Origin: Camelus dromedarius
Lineage: Eukaryota
Assembly: GCF_036321535.1 (NCBI RefSeq)
Contig: NC_087436.1
Location: forward strand, 31,622,001 to 31,686,000
DNA length: 64,000 nt
Direction: 5' to 3'
Positions 53,651-64,000 of the stretch are shown here, one piece after another. How positions within the stretch are numbered: position 1 is the first letter of the stretch; every line of letters begins with the position of its first letter. The translations under genes and the position numbers were made by a program. The notes beneath the pieces are model-generated. The model searched no databases, was not told the origin of the DNA, and saw only the letters and a program-made list of their open reading frames with translations.

Positions 53651-54361
53651 CATTTTTGTCAGAGACATGAATTAGCAAAAGCAGAAATTACTGTTTTCAT
53701 TTTTACAGTAATAATTACATTAAAATGCTCTCCTACATATTTGTAAAGGCTATCTATGAAATTAACAGATGATTAAAAAACTAATACTCTTTTAAGATGA
53801 GCTCTTACAGGATAGGTAGGTACACTGTATGTTCCTCCACTGGAGAGAACAAAGATGTTAGTTTTTTTCTTACCTATGTTTTTTCTTGTGTGGGCAATAT
53901 TATTTTCCTCTCCTAGGTAGATTGAAGTGAACTGGTTTTTAAAACCTCATCAGTTAAAAAAAAATAGAACTAACATGCTTGCTTTTCTCCCAAGCAACTA
54001 AGTGGTCGAGTTTTCACTCCAGTGAATTCACTGTATAATTCACTGTATTTTTCTTGCCACAAAACTATTTTTTAGAAATCTATTACTTTGTCATTGTCTG
54101 GCTGAAATTAGGTAATTTCCCAAGATAAAATTTATAATTTGAGACAGAATCCAAACTAAAGCCTGGGTTTTTTTAATTCCTAATCTTGTATATCCTTTCT
54201 GTAGGAATCCCTGTCCTATTCTTGGCATTGAGACTACTGTAACTTTGACGGTAGTTTAAAATATTGTTAATGACATATATTTAAAATAGATTAATACATT
54301 TTGTGGCTTTTAATGATAAAAATGTTTTATCAAACTACTCATGTTGTGAGAACTCTGATTT

Positions 54362-54420
54362 TCTTTTTTTTTAAACATTTTTTATTGAGTTACAGTCATT
54401 TTACAATGTTGTGTCAAATT
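54362..54420 (-). mobile_element. ~60-bp 3' tip of the young L1 family
   Basis: tttaaacattttttattgagttacagtcattttacaatgttgtgtcaaatt is nearly identical to 427-477. Confidence 0.85.
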
Positions 54421-54714
54421 AGTTTTTATTTCTAATATGGTAAATTTTAATAGAGAATCCATTATAAAGACAAAAATCTGTTTTATAGTGTAAAAAGATA
54501 GTAAGACCAAAAAGTTTGACAACCATTGTCCTTTAGAATGTAGCATCCTATTCACTTATTTCCACTGTCATGGTAAATTCTTGACTTTTTAATATAGCAT
54601 ATGCTTATCTATTATACCCTAAAAGTTATACTTTTTTATCAAAATCATTATCATAAGTGTTTTATTAGATGTTAATTATTCTATGGTAGACCTAATAAAT
54701 ATCTTAATTTACAG

Positions 54715-54786
54715 GTTATAAACGTAAGAAAACAATATTCTGTACAGATTTCTCGACTAACAGAAGAACTTTCAGCCCGTCAAATG
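54715..54786 (+). CDS. SCLT1: SCLT1 exon (14), 72 nt, phase 0-0
   Basis: Boundaries tacAG|GTT ... ATG|GTatgt. Encodes VINVRKQYSVQISRLTEELSARQM. Confidence 0.94.
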
Positions 54787-54936
54787 GTATGTTAGAAGAC
54801 TATATTGATACTTTCTTCTGAATATTGCTTATTTTAAAGGTCAAGATACATATTTTCAGGCATTCATTTATTCAGAAGATACTTATTAAGCCAGAAACTA
54901 TGCTAGATGCTAGGAAAAGAGTAAAAATCATCTGTA

Positions 54937-54940
<4 letters not shown>

Positions 54941-55006
<66 letters not shown>
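54941..55006. repeat. (GT)33 microsatellite forming the tail of the adjacent SINE
   Basis: 66 nt of perfect GT, followed by acgcgcgc. Confidence 0.97.
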
Positions 55007-55009
<3 letters not shown>

Positions 55010-55014
55010 CGCGC

Positions 55015-55134
55015 CAAGTGAAAGGTAATTAGGTTTATTTATACGTTTTTTTTCAGTGGAGGTACTGCGGATTGAACCCAGGACCTTGTGCATGCTATAC
55101 ATGTGCTTTACCACTTGAGCTATACCCTCCCCCC
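55015..55134 (-). mobile_element. Vic-1-type SINE
   Basis: Minus strand reads gggggagggtatagctcaagtggtaaagcac...ggtcctgggttcaatccgcagtacctcc...aataaacctaattacc. Confidence 0.85.
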
Positions 55135-56125
55135 TGGTCTGTCATCTTGAACTTACGATCTAGTAGGAAAGATGGATGGCATTTATCACCTTTTACTATG
55201 GTTACCTTTTTTGGACAAAGAATGTGCAGATTACTATTGAAGCATCCAGCTACAACTGCTACCATATGCTGGGTTCACCTGGGAGACCAGGGAGAAAGGA
55301 AAAGTATACATGACAGCAGGAAGGATGACAGACAGTCTTCCCAAAAGAAATGAGTTCTGAAGGATGAGTAGGTAAGGAGGAGAAGAAAGAGTACTTGAGT
55401 GACTAGAGGTGTGTGAGTAAATATATAAATTTAACTTGAAGATTTGATGAAATGGAATTTAATAATCTTGCTAAGGGCATAAAAGTACATGAATTTCCAG
55501 AGATTGGGAAGATATTTTCAACTTCACAAACTCTTATCTTTTCTGAATCTCTGTCACTTTTAATCTTTCTTATAAAATTTAGCGATGAATTATGTTTTGT
55601 AATAAATATTACACAAGTTCTCTCTTTCTGTCTCCTCATCTTCCCTCTCTCTGCCTCCTTCTCCCTCTCTTCATGAAAATCTTATCTTTCCAATTAGATT
55701 GTAAGCACTTCAAAGTAGAAATGTCATGTGTTCCTTTATTTTCCCCCTTGCCTAGTACAGTATTTTGCACAATATGTTTTCAATAAATATTTATTGACTG
55801 ATATTTAAACACCTCTGAAAGAAAGATCACATCTTTTTCACATTCTGCAAACTGTGAATGTGGAAATCTGGTATACACAATGGGACCTTCGTCACTGTGT
55901 ATAGGTCCTGAGAGTAATAGAACAAGAAACAATGTTACTTTTTGTTTACTGTCATTTGTTTTAACACTAAAGGAACATTAAGTAAAATTAATGGGATGTA
56001 GTATGGCAGATTAGTCATGTCTAGTTCTTTGTTGTGTTTCGGTTTTACTTCCTCTTCTGTCACCTTGCTGTTTTGCTTGTTCTCCTACATGGACTGATTA
56101 GCTATCAAAAGACTCATGGCTTTGA

Positions 56126-56203
56126 GGGGAGGGATGTAGCTTAGTGGTGGAGTGCGTGCTTAGCATGCACGAGGTCCTGGGTTCAATCCCCCCAGTAACT
56201 CGA
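56126..56203 (+). mobile_element. Vic-1-type SINE, tRNA-like head only
   Basis: Sequence ggggagggatgtagcttagtggtggagtgcgtgcttagcatgcacgaggtcctgggttcaatcccc. Degenerate TSD at 56107-56125 / 56204-56222. Confidence 0.85.
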
Positions 56204-57574
56204 AAAAGATTCACAACTTTGAAGAAGGGTTTTATCCCAGTCTAGGATTTTTTAATAGATTCTTAACTTTGGAAGGACAAGAACATTATTTCTATTTAGG
56301 AATGTGTGCTAGATGGAACCTGCAAGGATTTAAAAAATAACTCATAACTGTGTAGCAACCAGAGCTATATAAACTTACTTTAGTGTAAAAAAATTTTTTT
56401 TAATTTCAGATTATTACAAAAGGTGCTTCTAAGGATTTATAGTAAAACAATTGTAACTCATAGCTAAGTGGATTTTTCTAAAGATATTAAATATTATCGG
56501 ATGTCATGTTGGTTCAGTGAGGAAAACTGTACTAATTGAAGTCTTTGAAATATTAGACATTTAGAAATATGTTTGAAGGAAGACATGTTCAACTACTTTA
56601 AAAAGCACATTTTCTCAGGAAACTCAGATTACAGGTTGAGGCATAATAACCTGGCATCAATTACTGATTTCTATTCTGCAGTGCCAGTTTTACCACCTGT
56701 GCTAAAAAGATGAAGTCAGGGAGGGAAGGAAGCATATTTTAACCCCAAACTAAGTCATGCTTGCAGGAAGGAGAAAATCTTGTATTTTAGTTTACTGTAC
56801 ATATTTTTTGGTAGTTTTACTAAAAGGCCAGAGCCAGTCTATCTCAAGCCATATTTCTCCCTTAGGAGAGCAGCATACACAGGTATAGTTTCTCTTAAGA
56901 ATACTTAAAGTTTTAATTCTGCCAAGTAGCTGAGATTTCTGTTAATCTGTAGCAAATGCAGAAGAAGATTGGTTATAAATGCCCAGATTTTTGCAAGTAA
57001 GATAAAAAATTCATTATAATCTTTTTTTGATCCATGAATTTTTTGAAAGTCTAATGTTAAATTTCTAAATACAAGGATATGTGGACATCTTTTAATTACT
57101 GACTTATAATCTGGTTAAGTAGAGGCCACAGTCTATGTGATATTTATTTTAATATTTGTTGAGACTTCCTTTGTGATACACTATGGAGGTATGATTTTGG
57201 AAATACTCCATGAGTACTTAAAAAAATGTCTAGTAGCATTTGGTCGTATCTGCCCAAAAGGTAGGAATACTGGTGGTGATTAATAGCAAATATCTGTGAA
57301 AGCCTTTTAATAGTCATTTTAAATGTTAGCTTTACTATTTAGTGCCTTTCTAATAGAATTTTTATATCTCTCCATAAAGATTTCATCTTTTCTGTCTCAT
57401 TTTAACTTCATTATCTTGGGTTAAACAAATATTCAGCCATCATCATTTGGCAGTTAAATGGTGGACTGGGTAAAAAGGGTTGCATAACATATTTATAACA
57501 TACCTTTCTTTTATATGCTACTCACAGACCAGAAATGTGATCCTGCCTTGTAATTAATATCTGCATTAAAAATC

Positions 57575-59780
57575 CTTTGAGAATCATATAAATAAATGCA
57601 GAAAAAGCATTTGACTGAATCCAGCACCCATTTATGATAAGAACTCTCAGTATACTAGGAACAAAAGGGAACTTCCTCAGTTTGATAAAGAATAGCTACA
57701 AAAAACCTACAGTTATGAAACTGAAAACTTTCGCACTAAGATCAGGAACAAGGCAAGGATGTCCCCTCTCACTACTACTTTTCAGCATCATACTGGAAGT
57801 ACTAGTTAATGCAGTTTGCCACCCTCAAAAGGAAATAAAAGGTATACTTTGCAGATAACATAGTTGTCCATGTAAAAAATCCAAAGAAAAAAGGAGAGAC
57901 TTGGAACAAAGAAGTGATTATAGCAAGGTTGTAGGATAAAAGATTAATATACAGGTCGATTGCTTTCCTATATACCAGCAATGAACAAGTAGAATTTGAA
58001 ATAAAAACCTAATACTATTACATTATCACCCCCAAAATTAAATAAATGTAAATATAACCAAATATATAAAATCTATATGAGGAAAACTACAAAACTCTAC
58101 TGAAAGATATCAGAGAAGAACTGAAAAAATGAATGAAGTACATGTTCATGGACAGGAAGATACAATATTTTCCATATGTCATTTCTTCCCAACTTGATGT
58201 ATAGATTTTTTACAATTCCAGTCAAAATCACTGCAAGTTATATTGTGTATTTTGGCAATCTGATTCTAAAGTTTCTATGGAGAGGCAAAAGACCCAGAAT
58301 AGCCAACTCATTATTGAAGAAGAGGAACAAAGTCAGAGGATTGACACTGTACCAGACTTCAAGAGTTACTCTAAACCTTCAGTAGTCAAGACAAAGTGAT
58401 ATTGGTGAAAGAATAGACAAATAGATCAAAGGAACAGAATATAGAACCCAGAAATAAACTCACATAAATACAGTCAGCTGATCTTTTACAAAGAAGCAAA
58501 GGCAATACAATGGAGCAAAGATAGTCTTTTAAACAAATGGTACTAGAACAATTAGACATCCACATGTAGAATAATGAATCTAGACACAGACCTTACACAA
58601 AAATTAATCCAAAATGGTTCACTGACAAAAATGCAAAACACAAAACTGTAAAACTCATCTAAGATAGCATAGGAGAAAATCTAGATAATCTTGGGTTTGG
58701 CAATGAGTTTTTAGATACAACACCAAAGCTATGATCCATGAAAGAAACAGCTGGTAAGTTGGACTTCACTGAAATTAAAATCTTCTTCTCTGTGAAAGAC
58801 ACTATCAAGAAAATGAAAATTCAAATCATGGATTGGGAGAAAATATTTACAAAAGGCATATCTGATAAAGGGCTGTTACCCAAAATAATTCAAAGAACTC
58901 TTAAAACTCAACAGTAAGAAAACAAACAACTTGATTAAAAAATTGGCCAAAGACCTTAATAGTCACCTCACCAAAGAAGGTTTACAGATGACAAATAAGC
59001 ATATGAAAAATACTTCCAAATCATATGTCAAAATGCAAATTAAAACAATAATGATTGTAAATCAACTATACTTCAGTAAAAGAAATAAAAAATTAAAAAC
59101 TTTAAAACCTTTTAAAATTAAAAAATAAAATCAAGCTATAATGAGATACCACTCATTACACCAAGTAAGTGCCAGATACACTTATTAGAATGGCCAGAAT
59201 CTGGAACACTGACACCATCAAATGCTGACAGAGAAATGGAGCAGTAGAACTCTCAGTTGCTGCTAATGGGAATGCAAAATGATACAGCCACCTTTGAAAG
59301 CAGTTTGGTGGTTTCTTAGAAAACTAAATATACTCTTACCATAGGATCCAACAGCTGCATTCTTTTGTATTTAGCCAAAGGAGTTGAAACTTATGTTCAC
59401 GTGAAAACCTGCTGATGGATGTTTATAGCAGCCTTTTTCAGAATTACAAAAAGGGGTTGAGGAGGATAGAGAGATGAATAGGGGCATAGGCAAAGCACAG
59501 AGGATTTTTAGGACCATGAAATTGTTCTGTCATTATAAATTTCTCCAGACCCATAAAGTGTACAACACCAAGAGTGAACTCTAATGTAAACTCTGGACTC
59601 TAGGTGATAATATTGTGAGATGTACTTACATCAGTTTTAACAAATATACCACTACATTGCAGAATGTGGATAATGGGGGAGGCTATGCATGTACAGGGTC
59701 TGGAAATACAGGGGAAATCGGAGACTTCCCCTCAATGTTGCTGTGAATGTAAAACTATTCTAAAAATAGTCTGTTAAGAA
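57575..59780 (+). mobile_element. L1MC-like element, decayed ORF2 RT/C-terminal region and 3'UTR; small L1 tip inserted at ~59055-59127
   Basis: Peptides LRSGTRQGCPLSLLLFSIILEVL and LILKFLWRGKRPRIA. 3'UTR gtacaacaccaagagtgaac...tgctgtgaa. Confidence 0.88.
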
Positions 59781-60806
59781 GAAAATCACACAAAATGACT
59801 TATGAATGTAAGAGAAATCGCAAATTTCATACCATAAAGTGCCTTTTCATAGATTAGTGATTTATATGAATATATGGAACATTAAATTTGCATTTCTTAT
59901 ACACTGACAGTTCTATCTTAATAAAAGATAAACTTAGATTAACCCTCTAATTTATAACATAGGGCTAAAGATCTTCATTATAATCAGAGTTAATTTTTGG
60001 TCACAATTTAGAAATTTATTTTAAACATTAAAAACATTGATACATAGTACTTCTGTAAAATAAAGTTATGATAAAAGTAATTGAATATTAATTGGCAATA
60101 TACTGTTAGCAAAGCAGATTCATCCAAAGCATAATTTACAATCAGTAGAAAATAACCACATCCATTCTCAAAAATAAATAGCAAATAACAACTGTGAAGA
60201 ACTAGTCATTATGATGATTGTTTTTAGTTTTCGTCTCATTTGCAAATTTTGCATTTTATTGACTAACTAATATGCTTGCTTGATTTTACTGATAAAGCCC
60301 TTTTGAGCCAGAAATGTTTTATGTCCATTGGCTGTTTATAAGTTTTGCAACAGAAAATTAGCTATTCTAGAATTTATATACCCATACGCCTTTTAGGCCA
60401 TAGGTTATCCTATGGTGGTGTGCCACTGACCTGTTCTGTTGTCTTTTAAAATATGTGATAAGAGAATATGAAAAGGAACACTGTAATATGAGAAGGGGGT
60501 CTCATTTATTTATTTTTTCCCCTGGAATCCCTCAATCTCTATTATCTACATAATATGTTCAATTAGAACTCCTTGACATTCTGTCCTGGAGGTGATTTCT
60601 GAAATCCTGAGATAGGTAACTCTTTAAAGGTTGAGGGCTTTTTTTTTTTTTTTTTTAAATATATATAATCGATATGGTCCTGCTGTATACAATGTGTATA
60701 AAGTGTGGTATTCCTGTTATAAACAAATCATTTTACTTTTCCATTTTCCTCATTTTTCTTAAGGTTTTACAGATATATTTATTTACAATATGATTTGAAT
60801 TTATAG

Positions 60807-60881
60807 GAGTGTGCTGAAAAACAAGACCAAATTGATCAAGCCATTAGGGAGAAAAAATCAGTGGAAGAAGAACTAGAAAAG
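60807..60881 (+). CDS. SCLT1: SCLT1 exon (15), 75 nt, phase 0-0
   Basis: Boundaries tatAG|GAG ... AAG|GTaaag. Encodes ECAEKQDQIDQAIREKKSVEEELEK. Confidence 0.95.
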
Positions 60882-61797
60882 GTAAAGAGAAAACAGAAAA
60901 AATAACTACCTAAAACCCAACTGCAAATATTCAATATAATTTTCTGCTTTCATTATACTGTCTACTAGCAACCCCTTTATTATAAGTATTCTCTTGGTGA
61001 GTGCTTTTATTTGCTTGAAAAATATTCAGAATCTGCATTTAAATACTGGTATTGCCTATATTCATTTCTTTACAAGAATGGCCACATTATTTGAACTTTT
61101 TACTTAAAAGTATAAATTTGACAGAGTAGCTATATTTCTTGCTTAGAGCTTATCCTCATTTTGTCTTTCTTATCTTTTTAAATTCTCTGCCAACTCTTAC
61201 TGGGTTTAGGCCATCTATAACTATAACATGTGTGTATATCCAAAAAATTATAATACTGCTATAATTTTAACCTTTAAAGTACAGATTTTTATTTGTAGTT
61301 AGGAAAAATATTTACCCCAGTGACATTTGAGAAAGAATATTGTGAGAAGTCTAAATTTAAAGTTTAAAATATATTTCTTATTTAAATGACTTTTTTTTAT
61401 TAGCAGTAAATATCCCAGTCTTTTAAAATGCCTTGGGGTGGGGGAAAGGCTAAATTTGATTCAGCACATACTGTGTTTGAGATGCTGCATTAGTAACTTT
61501 CATAGAGAGGTTAAGTAACTTCCCCAATGTTAAAAAATAGTAAATGGTAGAGTCAGAGTTTGACTTTCAAAGAAGAGCTATGTAGCATAAAAAACCTTTG
61601 ATGTATCTATGACAACATCAGATTGTAAAAAAGTAATTTACAAAGCATAATATAGTGTATAGTCCCATTTGTGTAAAAAGAAAAAGAAAAATACACATCA
61701 TGTTCAAGTTAGACCCTTCATGGTCACCACTGTCCTGCAAAGTTGATCTCTTCTGAGTTTCGATCTGTTACGGAGTAGGAACAGGTCGTATTTAGAT

Positions 61798-62201
61798 TGT
61801 AACCTGACATACCTCGGTGTTTGAGTGAAATTTTTTTTTAATATCACATGGTATAGGTTAAGGAATAGGCTTTATTGGGGAAATATAAAACCCACAAGGC
61901 TAAAGGCAACAGGTAAAGAGAAGTCACAGCTTTTTCTTCTCCCATGGTTCCACAGACAAGCATGCTACAGTCAAAGTACTGCTGAGACTGCAGTATAGGT
62001 CTATATTTTAGTAGCAGGACACTGGTATGCCAATATTCTGTCTTTTTGTAGAGCAGGAGTGACAAAGCAGTCTTGTCAGTGGGAGAAGACACAGGTTACT
62101 TGGCCAGGCAGTTTGGATTTAGAGGGTTCCTGTGTGTAGGGTTTTGCTGAAAATGTGAGCTGCCTAGCACCTAGAGACCTTGTGAATCATGGGATGTTAC
62201 A
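61798..62201 (-). mobile_element. Probable ancient solo LTR
   Basis: Inverted termini TGTAAC...GTTACA 404 bp apart, and an AATAAA on the minus strand (~61871). No TSD is visible. Confidence 0.45.
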
Positions 62202-62763
62202 GCCTTTGTTGTAAGTGGAAGCCCAGTCTCACAGGAAGCAGAACATGGGTATAACCACTTCTGCTAGGGAAAGGGAAACCATTTCAGCTAGATCATCTTC
62301 TAGTTAACATAGAGTGAGATTCTGGAGTCACTTGCAGATAGTTCTTCTCATTGCACCACAGCATGTATCTGTACTGTTGAATATTGCAATACAGAATTAT
62401 CTTGAAGGTATTCATTAAAGAATCAAAGCATTTGTCTCTAAATGGTGACACTTAAGAGTGTTTTTTTTTAACTTCAGCTATTTTACATCTCTTTCTAAAA
62501 CATTAAAACTCTTTAAAAAGCTTACAATGAGCATGAATAATTTCAAAATTAAGTAATTATTTTATGTTATTTTTCATCATCTTATTTTGTAAATGTGAAG
62601 TAACCAAAATTAATTATTGATATGTTTTAATGTTACAGTGGGAACAGATGAACACATGATCATGGATTTTTATTTCTCATCATTTATTTCAGTTTCTAAA
62701 CTGTGTAATTTCTTAAGACAATTTCCTTCTGTAAGGTAGTATACATATAAGCCTCTTCTGCAG

Positions 62764-62909
62764 ATTTACCATGAAGGCAGAATAAATGAAAGTGATTACA
62801 GAAAACTGGAAGAAATGCACCAAAGATGCCTGGTTGCAGAGTGTTCAAAAGATGATCTTCAGCTAAGACTTAAGACCGCAGAAAATAAAATCAAACAACT
62901 TGAAATGAA
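62764..62909 (+). CDS. SCLT1: SCLT1 exon (16), 146 nt, phase 0-2; the gene continues beyond the window
   Basis: Boundaries tgcAG|ATT ... AA|GTaagt. Encodes IYHEGRINESDYRKLEEMHQRCLVAECSKDDLQLRLKTAENKIKQLEM. Confidence 0.96.
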
Positions 62910-63431
62910 GTAAGTTACTCTTTTGGATTTTCAAAATTCAAACAATTTTGGACAGGTTTTATTTTTATACAACTCATAATTATATATTATGTTGAAAAAA
63001 AGACTGTTTCGGCCAAACAATTTTTTTCAAGATTATTTTTGAAAACTAATTTCTTCAGGAAGAAATGATTTAACAGTACTGTACCATTTTATTTGAAATT
63101 TCTTGTTTCTGGCAGTTAAATAGAATGTTCATGAGATCTTTTTTTTTTCATGGTAACTGTACAGCTATTAAGGAGCTCACTTATAATTATTGCTTTTATA
63201 CTCAGTTTGTATTTATATTTCTTGAGGTATTGAGTAGTCAAAAATAATCCATCATGTTTATGTATTTCATTATTTGTTAAAATGATAAACTTATAATCTG
63301 TCATATCCACACTGAATATTTCTGTACCTTCCCCCCCAGATTATTACTTAGTATAGTAAATCTTGCTTATTTTAAGTTTTATGAAGTCTCGATCTCTGTT
63401 ATAAAATATGTTTAATAGATACTTAAAAATA

Positions 63432-64000
63432 AAGAGGAGTGATATCAGCAATATGGCAGAATAGGAAGTCCCCAGCCCATATCCCTCTGCAGAAACAAAT
63501 ATTTGACAGCCATCCATGGACAAAGTGTCTTTGTGGGAGCTTTGGGGTCTAAGTAGGTGGTTGCAAAACCCCAGTGGAGCCCCAAAATGAGGAGGCAAGC
63601 CTGTGCACCAGTGGCAGGCTCCCCAGCTGTGGTCCCATGTATGAACCCAAAGCAGCCCCATCTCTCTGTGGACCTGGCTCTAAGCCTGCATGCCCAGTCC
63701 TGCACCTAGCCCCTTCCCAAGGGACCCTTGTAGGTACTCTTAGTGATTCAAAGAAGTAATCAAAAGGGAAATCAAAAGTTGAGACAAAAATAGAAACAAA
63801 ATACACCAAATTTATGGGATTCAGCAAAATCAGTTCTTAGAAGAGAGTTTATAGTGATAAATGCCTACATTAAGAAAAGAAAGATCTCAAATAAACAACC
63901 CAAGTTTATACCTCAAGAAACTAGAAAAGGAAGAAAAACCTAAGCCTAAAGTTAGGAGAAGGAAGGAAATACCAAAGATTAGAGCAGAAATAAGTAGAGA
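63432..64000 (+). mobile_element. Old L1: 5'UTR-like segment (~63432-63745) joined to ORF2 post-endonuclease sequence, running off the window
   Basis: Start atcagcaatatggcagaataggaagtcccc, then ttatgggattcagcaaaatcagttcttagaagagagtttatagtgataaatgcctacattaag (LWDSAKSVLRREFIVINAYIK). Confidence 0.7.

Noticed and set aside
54721..54729. AAC|GTAAGA donor-like site in exon 14
   Set aside because: It lies only 9 nt from the acceptor, so it would define an implausibly small exon.
56126..56203. Possible tRNA genes (also at 26020-26092 and 55060-55134)
   Set aside because: These are diverged A/B-box heads with TSDs and, in two copies, SINE-specific 3' parts, so they are SINEs rather than tRNAs.
7600..62909. 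SCLT1 pseudogenisation or missing exons
   Set aside because: All 11 exons have GT-AG sites, compatible phases and no stop codons across 1149 nt.

Overview
This is AT-rich mammalian genomic DNA, most likely camelid (alpaca or camel), inferred from three Vic-1-type tRNA-derived SINEs and the style of the young L1s. The whole window lies inside the + strand gene SCLT1 (sodium channel and clathrin linker 1, a centriolar distal-appendage coiled-coil protein). Eleven GT-AG exons between 7600 and 62909 splice into one uninterrupted 1149-nt reading frame. They match human exons 6-16 (c.291-1439) as I recall the human sequence. The rest is intron, filled with L1, L2, MIR, LTR and DNA-transposon relics and microsatellites. 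Four structures stand out. (1) A three-level L1 nest at 1-4971 whose innermost 2.85-kb element keeps its 5'UTR, ORF1 and 3' end between perfect 16-bp TSDs but lacks almost all of ORF2, making it a candidate spliced or half-L1-like element. (2) A short 3' transduction on the middle element of that nest. (3) A U6 snRNA/L1 chimeric retrocopy later interrupted by MER2. (4) Several sequence-level hints of lineage-specific effects on SCLT1 splicing. No prokaryotic-type system such as CRISPR or an operon is present. Repeat subfamily names are recalled from memory, not taken from a database search.
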